Source of the DNA: an uncultured Methylomirabilota bacterium
Lineage (GTDB): Bacteria; Methylomirabilota; Methylomirabilia; Methylomirabilales; 2-02-FULL-66-22
Direction: 5' to 3'
Length of the DNA stretch: 64,000 nucleotides
NCBI GenBank assembly: GCA_963845565.1
Contig: CAWJSJ010000002.1
Coordinates: forward strand, 768,001-832,000
The notes below the pieces were generated by a model. It had not been told where the DNA came from. It ran no database searches and worked only from the letters and a program-made list of their open reading frames with translations. The position numbers and the translations under genes are program-made. Shown here piece after piece: positions 9,547 to 18,902 of this stretch (position 1 is the first letter of the stretch; the number at the start of each line of letters is the position of its first letter).

Positions 9547-10122
9547 GTGTGGGAGACTCCAGGCATGGTGAGCGGGTTGCGGTCGCACCGGTTGATCCTC
9601 CGGGCGCTCCAATTGGAGGACGCGGTGCAAATCGCCGCGCTGCTCCACGACGACCGCGACGCCATCCGGCGGATGTCGCACATGCCTGACCCATGCACGG
9701 TCGAGGCGGCCCGAGAGTGGATCGCGCGTCGAACCGCACCGGGGTCCGCGACGTTCGCCATCGTGCGCGCCGCCGATGGAGTATTCCTGGGCGCGATCGG
9801 GTTCGGTAGTTTGCCGGAGATGCCCGGCGTTGGTTACTGGATTGGCCGACCACACTGGGGCCAGGGGTATGCCACCGAAGCGCTCCAGCTCATCGTCGCC
9901 TATGCTCGCGGACTCGGCGCGAAGGGCCTACAGGCAGAGACGTTTCCGGACAATCCTGCCTCCGCGCGCGTCCTGGCGAAGTGCGGTTTTCAGGACCGGG
10001 GCCTTGGCCTGCGCGATTATCCCGCCCGGGGCGGTCTCGTCCGGGTGCGGATTCACATTCTCCATTTCGCAACGCACGACGCGCGCGCCGAGTCGGGCTG
10101 CGACGAGGGATCGTCGTCGTAG
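9547..10122 (+). CDS. GNAT acetyltransferase, RimJ/RimL type (start may be 9565)
   Basis: RLILRAL, VGYWIGRPHWGQGYATEA, NPASARVLAKCGF. Confidence 0.88.
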   Translation: MWETPGMVSGLRSHRLILRALQLEDAVQIAALLHDDRDAIRRMSHMPDPCTVEAAREWIARRTAPGSATFAIVRAADGVFLGAIGFGSLPEMPGVGYWIGRPHWGQGYATEALQLIVAYARGLGAKGLQAETFPDNPASARVLAKCGFQDRGLGLRDYPARGGLVRVRIHILHFATHDARAESGCDEGSSS

Positions 10123-10286
10123 GTTCCTCCGGCGTCAGGATCGGGAGCGTCGTGGACGCCCCCGGACAGCCGAGGACGCCCAAGTGCCGAAGAGCCCTTC
10201 GGGCGGACGACCGCCACCAGCGGGTCCAACGCGGAAGCCATATAAAGATGTGCATGCGGGGGACTGCCCGTGGTAGCGTGGTGACG

Positions 10287-10571
10287 ATGACGCGGTTCGA
10301 CTGGGACCCCGCCAAGGATCTGCCAAATCAGCAGAAGCACGGAGTGGCGTTCGTCGAGGCCCAGTTTGCCTTTGCCGACCCCCACCGGGTGATCGCCGAG
10401 GATCTGTCGCACAGCGGGGAGGAGCGGCGCTACTTCTGCTTCGGACGGGTCGGCGCCGGGATTCTGACGGTCCGCTTCACGCATCGCACCGGCGTGATCC
10501 GGATCTTCGGGGCCGGCTACTGGCGGAAGGGAGAGCGAATCTGTGAGCACGAGACTCAAGTACACGGATGA
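10287..10571 (+). CDS. BrnT family toxin
   Basis: FDWDPAKD..NQQKHGVAFVEA, DLSHSGEERRY, ILTVRFTHR..IRIFGA. Confidence 0.85.
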   Translation: MTRFDWDPAKDLPNQQKHGVAFVEAQFAFADPHRVIAEDLSHSGEERRYFCFGRVGAGILTVRFTHRTGVIRIFGAGYWRKGERICEHETQVHG

Positions 10572-10824
10572 GCCGATCGGCCGGGTGCGCGTGGTCCCCG
10601 ACTTTCTGCCGCCGCCCGAGGAGTTGGTATTCCGCGAGGAAGCCGTGAAGGTCACGATCGCCCTCAGCAAGCGGAGCGTCGAGTTCTTCAAGGCCGAGGC
10701 CCGCCGGCACAACATCCAGTACCAGAAGATGATCCGGCGGTTGCTCGATCGGTATGCCGAGCGATATGCCGACCCTAGCCCCCTCGCGCCTCCGCGGTCC
10801 ACGCGCCGTCGCACGGCAGGCTGA
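10543..10824 (+). CDS. BrnA/CopG-type antitoxin
   Basis: DFLPPPEEL, KVTIALSKRSVEFFK, YQKMIRRLLD; overlaps the brnT-like gene. Confidence 0.82.
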   Translation: MSTRLKYTDEPIGRVRVVPDFLPPPEELVFREEAVKVTIALSKRSVEFFKAEARRHNIQYQKMIRRLLDRYAERYADPSPLAPPRSTRRRTAG

Positions 10825-10905
10825 ACAAGCCTCCCGTGCATCCGTGGTTTCGAAGACGATCCTGGTTGCTCGGCGGAACATTGGAAGGCGCTCGCGAAGT
10901 CGCGC

Positions 10906-12138
10906 CTAGTCCTCCGGACACGAGGCGACGCGGCCCCAGCCGCGCCACCACAGGAGGGCGAGCGCCAGGACGGAGAGCAGCCCCAGCCCGCCGCCCGCCG
11001 CGTACGCCATCGGTGTCCCGAACCATTCCGCCACCGACCCCACGAAAAACGATCCGATCGGCGTCACGCCGACAAACACGAAGGCGTACAGGCTCATGAT
11101 TCGGCCCCGCAGCCTGTCCGGGACGACCATCTGCAGCGCGGTGTTGCAACTGGCCATGAACACGATCTGGGCGAGGCCGGTCAGCGCGAGGAGGACGACG
11201 GCGGCCGGGAAGTGGCGGATCGCCGCCAGCGCCAGCGTGAGCGCAGCGGCCAGGGCCGCCGCGGTGATGAGGAGGGGCAGGGTCGGTCGGCTTCTGCCCA
11301 GCATGGCCAGGGCGAGCGCCCCGACCACGGCGCCGATTCCCAGGGCGGCCATGAGCAGGCCGAACCCGTGCGCCCCTTCGTGGAGGACGTCGCGCGCCAG
11401 GAGAGGCACCAAGACGTTGTGGTTGATGACGAAGAGACTGACGACCAAGAGCAGGGTCAGGATCAGCGCCACCTGCGGAGTGCCCACGGCGTAGCGGAGA
11501 CCCGCGGCAATATCCTGCCGGACGGTCGTGCCCTCCCGCTCGCGCGGCAAGCCCTCGGTCCGCATCGCCGCCAGGGCGAGGATCACGGCCACGAAGCTCA
11601 GGCCGTTCAGCCCGAAGGCGGGGGCCACGCCGAACCGATCCACCAGCAGCCCGGCGACAGCCGGCCCGATCATCCGCGCCCCGTTGAACATGGCGGAGTT
11701 GAGGGCGATGGCGCTGGTGAGGTCGTCTTTGCCGACCATCTCCACGATGAAGGACTGCCGGGCGGGCATGTCGAGCGTGTTGGCGAGGCCGTAGCACACC
11801 GCCAGGACGGCCACGTGCCAGTACTGGACGTGGCCCGTCCGGGCCAGGAGCGCCAGCGTAAACGCCTGGAGCATGAGCGCTGTCTGGGTGGCGAGGATCA
11901 GCCGACGCTTGGGCAGCCGGTCGGCGATGGCGCCGGCCAGGACGGAAAAACCCAGCATCGGCCCGAACTGCAGCGTGCCGATGAGGCCGAGCTTGAACGG
12001 CGAGCCGGTCAATTCCAGAACGAGCCAGGATTGGGCTACGCTCTGCATCCAGGTCCCGATCAGCGACACCAGCTGGCCGGAGATGAACAGGCGGAAGTCG
12101 CGATGCGTGAGCGCGCGCAGACCGGCGGGGAATCGCAT
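10906..12138 (-). CDS. MFS transporter (DHA3/MFS_3-like)
   Basis: About 12 hydrophobic segments; GQLVSLIGTWMQ, GAIADRLPKRRL, DMPARQSF, PDRLRGRIMS. Confidence 0.92.
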   Translation of the reverse strand: MRFPAGLRALTHRDFRLFISGQLVSLIGTWMQSVAQSWLVLELTGSPFKLGLIGTLQFGPMLGFSVLAGAIADRLPKRRLILATQTALMLQAFTLALLARTGHVQYWHVAVLAVCYGLANTLDMPARQSFIVEMVGKDDLTSAIALNSAMFNGARMIGPAVAGLLVDRFGVAPAFGLNGLSFVAVILALAAMRTEGLPREREGTTVRQDIAAGLRYAVGTPQVALILTLLLVVSLFVINHNVLVPLLARDVLHEGAHGFGLLMAALGIGAVVGALALAMLGRSRPTLPLLITAAALAAALTLALAAIRHFPAAVVLLALTGLAQIVFMASCNTALQMVVPDRLRGRIMSLYAFVFVGVTPIGSFFVGSVAEWFGTPMAYAAGGGLGLLSVLALALLWWRGWGRVASCPED

Positions 12139-12329
12139 GGTGGCGTCGAGTCTCCCTGGAGGCGGGGCCGGCGGCGCGCGCGGCGCGCATCCAGGCGCCC
12201 CGACACAGGATACGCCTTCAAGCCTCGGTTGTCATTTCGGCCGGCTTGCGCCTGCTTGGCGGGTCAGTGTAAACTGCGTGTCCGAGCTGGGAACCACATC
12301 AGGGTCGGGGCGTGAGGGAGGTCGCAACC

Positions 12330-12650
12330 ATGGGGCAGATTCCGACGCAGCACGTCGCGCGGCTGATTGCCATGGAGCGGCGGGCGCAGACGATCGCGGA
12401 GGCGGGCGGTCTCGAGGCGGCATTGGCGGGCGGCACGCTCCCCAATCCGATCGACACGACGCTGGCGGAAGGTCTGGTCCTGGGCCTCCTGAAGCAGGGG
12501 GTGCGGAAATACCTGGCGGTCTTCGGGCACGGCTCCACGGATCTCGCGGAGGTGCTCCGGGTCTATGAGGCCGCCGGCCTCACGCGGACCTACAATTTTC
12601 GCCACGAGACGGCCATGGCCCACGCGGCCACCGCGCTCAAGTGGCACTAC
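12330..12650 (+). pseudogene. Truncated 5' copy of the TPP-enzyme gene at 18903
   Basis: 12335-12650 matches 18908-19223 with one synonymous difference seen; similarity stops abruptly after ...KWHY. Confidence 0.85.
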
Positions 12651-12734
12651 AGCCGCGCTGCTGGCCATTCCCCGGCCGGTCATCGCCGGCCACATCTGCC
12701 ACACTGTTCGCGCGATCGCGCTGACGGAGGTGCC

Positions 12735-13175
12735 ATGTCCCGACTCCACTCGCTACGACACGCCGGTGCGCAACGCTGGCTCATCGTTCCGCGGCTCATC
12801 GCGGCGTTTCCTCTCGCGGTCTTCGGATTGTTTCATCTGACGGGGATGAGCCCGCTGATGCAGATCCTCGAGCGGGCTGGCATTCCGTTCCCGTCGATCA
12901 ACTTCTACGTCGCCCCGCTCGTCATGGTGATCGCGGGCGTCTCTCTCGGAGCAGGGTTCTACGCGCGCGTCGGTGCGATCCTTGGCGCGACGGCGATGGT
13001 CGTCGCGGCATTCAGCAAGCTCGTGATCGAGGAATGGCCGGGTTCCGTCGAACCGCCGCTGGCCTTGCCGATCGTGGTGTTCGCGGCCTGCGGCACGGTC
13101 CTCTGGCTCGGGGCGGGCGCGTGGAGCGCTGATCGGCGTGCGACGGAGCCGTCGGAGCCGGGCGATCGGCGCTGA
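12735..13175 (+). CDS. DoxX family membrane protein
   Basis: Own GGAGG RBS; four TM segments, PRLIAA..., GFYARVGA, LGAGAWSADR. Confidence 0.8.
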   Translation: MSRLHSLRHAGAQRWLIVPRLIAAFPLAVFGLFHLTGMSPLMQILERAGIPFPSINFYVAPLVMVIAGVSLGAGFYARVGAILGATAMVVAAFSKLVIEEWPGSVEPPLALPIVVFAACGTVLWLGAGAWSADRRATEPSEPGDRR

Positions 13176-13621
13176 GAGCGCGGCAGCGCAATTCCCGAGT
13201 CGCGTCGTGTCTCCAAGAGATCAGGGCGCCCGCAGGGCTGGGCTGACGCAGTGTTTCGATACACTCGCTTAGTGCTTCTGCCCGCAATTACGGTGACGTA
13301 TCGCCGGTCCCCCGGACCGACCCTCGGACGCCTGGCGCCTGCACCCTTCCCTGCGGGTGGGTACCCGATGCCGGCTCGCCCTTACCCCGGGTCGGTCCGC
13401 TCAGACGCGGCCCTCCGTACCGGGGACGGCTCGCCGGGTACCCATGCGGAGCATGGGTGTGGCGCGGCGTCTCGGGTCGGCCCGGGGGACCTGGACTTAT
13501 GCGGCCACCGTATACGTCATCGAATTTATGTCCGCGTGTACTTAGCAATCGGCAGTGGGATCGTCCCGCACCCGTCAAGAGCACGTATCTATCAACACAC
13601 TGACGAAGGGTTGCGAATGTC

Positions 13622-14446
13622 ATGACGCCATATATCCGGATGCTCGCCATCGCCCTCTTCATACTGGCCGCCGTCGCCCTCGACGGCGGACGAGGCTGGG
13701 CACAGGACGACCTCCTGTCGCTTGCCCTGCCCGAGGGGAACCTGGTCGCCATCGGTGTGGGTGCGTATCCAGACTACCTGGGTTCGAAGGACTACCGCGT
13801 CGGGGCCATTCCGCTGGCGCGATACCAGTTCTGGGGGAAACGGGAGATCACCTTGATCGGGAACACGCTGACCGTGAACCTGCTGGAGGGGTCCGGGTGG
13901 CGCCTCGGGCCGTCTGGCATGTTGCGGTTCGGTCGCTCGAACGTGAAGGACGACGTCGTGAACCGCGTGCACGAGATCGATCCGTCCATCGACCTCGGCC
14001 TCTTTGGCGGCTACACGTGGGTCGACCCAGACGAGCCGCGCAAGCGCGTGGGCGCCACCGTCTGGGCGCTGGGCGATGTGACCGACAGCCACGGGGGCTG
14101 GACCACCGGAGGTAACGTCTTCGGCGCCTACCCGATCCTGCCCGCGCTGACGCTGGTGGGCGGCGTAGCAACCACCTACGGGAGCGGGTCGTACATGACC
14201 ACCTATTTCGGGGTGACACCGGCGGACGCGCAGGCCAGCGGTCTCCCCGCCTATCAACCGGACGCGGGGATCCGCGACGCGCGGGGCTGGTTGGTTGCGC
14301 TCGTGCACCTGAGTCCCCGCTGGGCTCTGGGGGCTGGTGTGCTCTACTCGTGGCTTGCGAACGAAGCGGCCCGGAGCCCGATCGTCTCGGAGCGAGGCTC
14401 TCGTAGCCAGTGGATCTACGGGATCGGCGGCATGTACTTCTGGTGA
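13622..14446 (+). CDS. MipA/OmpV family outer membrane protein
   Basis: Signal peptide; GVGAYPDYLGSKDY, YMTTYFGVT, SGLPAY, SPIV; aromatic C-terminus. Confidence 0.85.
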   Translation: MTPYIRMLAIALFILAAVALDGGRGWAQDDLLSLALPEGNLVAIGVGAYPDYLGSKDYRVGAIPLARYQFWGKREITLIGNTLTVNLLEGSGWRLGPSGMLRFGRSNVKDDVVNRVHEIDPSIDLGLFGGYTWVDPDEPRKRVGATVWALGDVTDSHGGWTTGGNVFGAYPILPALTLVGGVATTYGSGSYMTTYFGVTPADAQASGLPAYQPDAGIRDARGWLVALVHLSPRWALGAGVLYSWLANEAARSPIVSERGSRSQWIYGIGGMYFW

Positions 14447-14598
14447 ATCCGCGTTGATGGGGCGGAGCGGGAGGCGCAGAGATCGCTAACCGCAGGGGCC
14501 GGACTGGTGGGCAGGCATGAAAAACACGATGGCATGCTGAAGAGAAAGGAAAACGACAAGGAGCCGTACGAATATTCAAGAAAGAGAGAACGGGAATC

Positions 14599-14975
14599 AT
14601 GTCGCCGAGAGGCCGGCAGATTGGCTCCAGCGTGCTGAGGCGTTGGGATCCAGACCGGCGAGAGCCCGACACTCAAGGATCTGGAGCAGGCGGTCGACGA
14701 GCGGAAGCACCTGCTGGTGCGCAGCCGCAGTTTCGGCCTGCGGCACCGCGCGCACGCGCGAGGACGTCATCGCCGCAATGGCGATCAACAAGATCCCGCG
14801 CGTCTGCCTTGACCGGCGTTCGGCCGCGGACGATTATGAGATGGTCGGCGGCGACAGTGGCGGTTTCGGCTGCATGTCGCTGCTGGGTTGCCACCACGTC
14901 TGCCCGAAGGCGTTGCCGCTGCAGACGCAGATTGCGTTCAACCGCAGGAAGACGGTGGCCGAAGCTATGAAGTGA
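14599..14975 (+). pseudogene. frdB: Internally deleted remnant of a fumarate reductase/succinate dehydrogenase Fe-S subunit
   Basis: Fragments VSACGTARTRED and FGCMSLLGCHHVCPKALPLQTQIAF resemble the Wolinella/Campylobacter-type FrdB C-terminus; far too short and frameshifted. Confidence 0.65.
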
Positions 14976-15009
14976 CCCGGGCCTGAGCGGCCGCCGGAAA
15001 GGAGTTGCC

Positions 15010-16410
15010 ATGCCGCGCATCGAGAGGGACTTCCTGGGCGAGAAAGAGCTGCCCGACAACGCGTACTACGGCGTGCAGACGCTGCGCGGCAGCGAGAACT
15101 TCCACATCACCGGGCTGTCGATGTCGACCGAGCCGCAGTTCGTGCGCGCCTTCGGCTACGTGAAGAAGGCCGCGGCGATGGCCAATCGCGACCTCGGCGT
15201 GCTCGACAAGAAGATTGCCGAGGCGATCATCATGGCCTGCGACAGGCTGATCGCCGGCGAGATGCTCGACCAGTTCGTCACCGACTTCATCCAGGGCGGC
15301 GCCGGCACCTCGACGAACATGAACGCCAACGAGGTGCTCGCCAACCTCGCGCTGGAATCGATGGGCTACCAGAAGGGCGAGTATCAGTACTGCAACCCGA
15401 ACGACCACGTGAACTTCGGGCAGTCCACAAACGACGTGTACCCGACCGCGTTCCGCCTCGGCCTGATTCTGCGACTCGAAAGCTACATGGACGCGTTGAA
15501 GAAGCTGGCCGACGCGTTCCGCGCCAAAGGCAAGGAGTTCGACAAGGTCCTGAAGATGGGCCGCACGCACCTGCAGGACGCGGTGCCGATGTCGCTCGGC
15601 GCCGAGTTCCACGGCTGGGGCACGACGATCGACGAGGAGGTGCAGCGCATCGCCGACGTGAGGATGCTCCTGCACGAGATCAACCTCGGCGCCACGGCGA
15701 TCGGCACCACGGTCACGGCGGCACCCGGCTACCCGGAACTCGCCACCAGGTGCCTGTCCGAGATCACCGGCCTGAAGTTCATCCTGGCCGGCGACCTGAT
15801 CGAGGCCACCAGCGACACCGGCGCCTACGTGCTGCTGTCGGGCGTGCTCAAGCGCACCTCGGCCAAGCTCACCAAGATCTGCAACGACATCCGCATGCTC
15901 GCCTCCGGCCCGCGCTGCGGGTTGAACGAGATCAACCTGCCGCAGATGCAGCCGGGCTCGTCGATCATGCCGGGCAAGGTCAACCCGGTGATCCCGGAGG
16001 TGGTCAACCAGACCGGCTTTCTGGTGATCGGGCTCGACCTCACCGTGACACTGGCGGCCTCGGCCGGCCAGCTACAGCTCAACGTGATGGAGCCGGTCAT
16101 CACCTTTGCGCTGTTCGCGTCGATCCAGACCATGGAACGCGCCGTGAACAGCCTGCGCGTGAACTGCGTCAACGGCATCACCGCCAACGCCGAGCGCACG
16201 CGCGACATGGTGCTGAACTCGCTCGGCATCATCACCGTGCTCAAGCCTTTGCTCGGCTACAAGCAATGCGGCGAGATTGCGCGCGAAGGCTACGAGACCG
16301 GCAAGAGCCTGCACGAGATCGTCGTGAAGGAACGCAAGCTGCTCACGCAGGAGAAGTGGGACACGATGTTCTCGTTCGAGAACCTGATCAACCCGAAGTG
16401 TGAGCCGTGA
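15010..16410 (+). CDS. aspA: Aspartate ammonia-lyase
   Basis: RIERDFLGE, YYGVQTLR, QGGAGTSTNMNANEV, KMGRTHLQDAVP, GSSIMPGKVNPVIPE. Confidence 0.93.
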   Translation: MPRIERDFLGEKELPDNAYYGVQTLRGSENFHITGLSMSTEPQFVRAFGYVKKAAAMANRDLGVLDKKIAEAIIMACDRLIAGEMLDQFVTDFIQGGAGTSTNMNANEVLANLALESMGYQKGEYQYCNPNDHVNFGQSTNDVYPTAFRLGLILRLESYMDALKKLADAFRAKGKEFDKVLKMGRTHLQDAVPMSLGAEFHGWGTTIDEEVQRIADVRMLLHEINLGATAIGTTVTAAPGYPELATRCLSEITGLKFILAGDLIEATSDTGAYVLLSGVLKRTSAKLTKICNDIRMLASGPRCGLNEINLPQMQPGSSIMPGKVNPVIPEVVNQTGFLVIGLDLTVTLAASAGQLQLNVMEPVITFALFASIQTMERAVNSLRVNCVNGITANAERTRDMVLNSLGIITVLKPLLGYKQCGEIAREGYETGKSLHEIVVKERKLLTQEKWDTMFSFENLINPKCEP

Positions 16411-16444
16411 GCTGAGCAAGGAGCGACCGGGTCCCCGCGGCCCG

Positions 16445-16657
16445 GCCGCCGGTGGCATCGACTTCCTGGTGCGTATCGCCGAGCGGATCATCCGGGCCGA
16501 CCCCAGGTCCGTGACGATCGTGGCGCCGCCGGCCGCCTGGACTGTCGCTGTCGTCGCGGGCATCGGGCACATCGTCTACCCGCTGCTGCCGGTGATCGAC
16601 GAGACCGCGCACCAGAGCGGCATGCGGCCGGAGCGGCCGAAGGCGATCGCCACCGTC
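16445..16657 (+). pseudogene. Internal fragment of an anaerobic C4-dicarboxylate transporter (DcuA/DcuB)
   Basis: AAGGIDFLVRIAERIIR...AGIGHIVYPLLPVI...MRPERP matches Dcu motifs; only about 70 aa remain. Confidence 0.7.
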
Positions 16658-16755
16658 TGGCCTTTGCCCACGGCGAGGCCAGAAGCATCGCCGGGAGGCG
16701 AAAATAGCCCGTTGCCGGGACACGCGGAGTGTTCCACGAGAAGGAGGTCCCATCC

Positions 16756-17644
16756 ATGAAACGCGTCATGCTCTTCATCGTCACCAACCTGGCCGTCATC
16801 CTGATCCTCAGCATCGTGCTCCGGGTGCTCGGCGTCGACCGGATTCTCGACGAGCAGGGCGTCGGCCTCAACCTGAGCAACCTGGTGACGTTCGCCGCCG
16901 TCTTCGGGATGGGCGGCGCCTTCGTCTCGCTGGCCCTGTCGAAATGGACGGCCAAGCGGCTGACGGGCGCCCGCGTCATCGCCATCGCCGCGCAACGAAG
17001 CCGAGCAATGGCTGGTCGGCACGGTGAAGCGCCAGGCCGAGCGAGCGGGGATCGGCATGCCCGAGGTGGCCGTCTACGACTCGCCGGAGGTCAACGCGTT
17101 CGCTACGGGAATGCGGCGGAACCGCTCGTTGGTGGCGGTCAGCACGGGGCTCCTGCGCAACATGTCCCGCGACGAGGTGGAGGGCGTCCTGGGACACGAG
17201 ATCAGCCACGTCGCCAACGGCGACATGGTGACCCTCGCGTTGATCCAGGGGGTGGTCAACACGTTCGTGATCGTCCTCTCCCGGGTCGTCGGACACCTCG
17301 TCGACCGGGTCGTCTTCCGCACCGAGCGGGGCCACGGGCCGGGATTCCTCGTCACGACCATTCTCGCCCAGGTGGTCTTCGGGATCCTGGCCAGCGTCAT
17401 CGTCATGTGGTTCAGCCGGCGGAGAGAGTTCCGGGCCGACGCCGGGAGCGCCGCCCTGGAGAGCCGGGAGAAGATGATCGCGGCCTTGAAGCGCCTCCAG
17501 AAGGCGGCCAATCCCGAGCCGTTGCCGGATCAGATGGCCGCCTTCGGGATCTCGGGCTCAGCCCGGTCCGGCCTCCGGCGCCTGTTCATGACCCATCCGC
17601 CGCTCGAGGAGCGAATCGACGCCCTGGTCCGCCATCGCCAGTAG
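16756..17644 (+). CDS. htpX: Zinc metalloprotease HtpX, with an apparent frameshift near 16984
   Basis: [15 protein letters not shown]-terminus; the second frame continues [10 protein letters not shown]...[30 protein letters not shown]. Confidence 0.88.
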
Positions 17645-17664
17645 CGCCGAGCCGACCACGGGAG

Positions 17665-18227
17665 AGGACAGGACGCCTGCGCGACGACACCGCACGGGCG
17701 CACTGGCGCGATCCCCGGCGGGTCAGTTTCCGTGAAGGTTGGCGTGGGCACCTCTGGCCAGGACGCTTCGGCTCCTGTCCCATGGATGAACTGCACATGC
17801 TGGCGGCCGCGGTACATCGAGCAGAATCCCGTCCGAGCGGGCCTTGCGGCAACCCCCTGGGACGATCTCTGGAGTAGTGCCGCCGCCCACGTGGCGGGGA
17901 GTGGTGATCAACTTGTCACGGTGGCGCCGCCGCTGACGCTGGTTAGGAGCCGTTACGAAATGACCTGTCCCTCTATTTTCATTTCGTTACGGCTCCTTAT
18001 GCCGTTCCACGAACTTCTCCGATCAAGTTATTCTTTGACAACGGCTTAGCGATTGGGAGGACTTTCTTGCCACAAGAGCCACGGAGGACGAAATCAAGGC
18101 ACTCCGCCGCCATGAGCGAAGCGGGAGGCCCTTGGGCGGCGAGCCCGTCGTCCGGGCGGTCGAGCGGAAGCTCTGGCGAACGCTACGGCGCGGAAAGCCC
18201 GGGCCAAAGTGGAAAAAGGCCGAGTAA
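17665..18227 (+). pseudogene. C-terminal remnant of a Y1/REP-associated tyrosine transposase (IS200-like), interrupted by a family A element
   Basis: FREGWRGHLWPGRF, RYIEQNPVRAGL, WSSAAAH; after the insert DWEDFL...LRRHERSGRPLG...KPGPK-stop; frameshift near 17810. Confidence 0.78.
17946..18045 (+). mobile_element. 100-bp MITE-like element, family A, copy 4
   Basis: Same termini; TTA on both sides (17943-17945, 18046-18048). Confidence 0.9.
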
Positions 18228-18231
18228 ATTA

Positions 18232-18249
18232 AGTATGGTGTCCCCGGAA
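18232..18249 (+). repeat. 18-bp motif AGTATGGTGTCCCCGGAA at the transposase 3' end
   Basis: Identical copy at 48256-48273. Confidence 0.7.
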
Positions 18250-18736
18250 CTACCAACCGCGCCTTAATCCGTGTCAGGGTTCGCGCTGCATGCGCTCCGG
18301 CGCCTCTCATGTCCACGATGTGGTGACCGTTGTCACCTGGGGTCTCCGGTTGACGCTCGCCGCCGGGGTGACGGATATTCCGACCAGACCGAGGGGCCCC
18401 CAGGAGGGCGGGTGTCCCCCCGCCTCGGACGTCGGGCGCGGCCGCCACGGGAATCGTCGCGCTTGCCCTCAAGAGCAGTGTCTATCACCTATCACCCACC
18501 GCCCACCTCACCGTACCACCACCAACTCCTCTCACTCAGCCACTCGACGCAACGGACTTACCGCGGGGGCGGCGAAGCGAGTACGAGACCCCGCAAGGGT
18601 TTCACGGGAAGATGCCTTAGCGTGCCGCTGGCAAAAACCTCTTGCGCAGCCCATCGGAGATGGGTATAGAGGTGCCATTGCGGTGGCCCCTCCATCGTGG
18701 GAAGAAGTCGGTTGTGCCGTTACGGAGGTCCGAAGG

Positions 18737-18827
18737 GTGAGTATCAGGATTCCAATTGACCGTGAAAAGATCTCCGCAGGATTCCGGCGCGGGTAGCGAC
18801 GTAGATCTCCTTGTCATCTTCGAATAG
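18737..18827 (+). pseudogene. Remnant of a minimal nucleotidyltransferase (MNT antitoxin-like) gene
   Basis: GGAGG RBS; VSIRIPIDREKISA joined out of frame to SDVDLLVIFE-stop; the GS motif region is missing. Confidence 0.55.
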
Positions 18828-18902
18828 ACGACCTCAGAACTCCTCACGACTCTGGGCATTTGGCGAGTTCAGGAAATCGAACGCGGGGCAGCCGGAGGAA
18901 GT

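Noticed and set aside
12312..13175. 287-aa ORF as an established TPP-DoxX fusion family
   Set aside because: Its N-terminal part is a near-identical recent duplicate, the linker looks non-coding, and DoxX has its own RBS and start.
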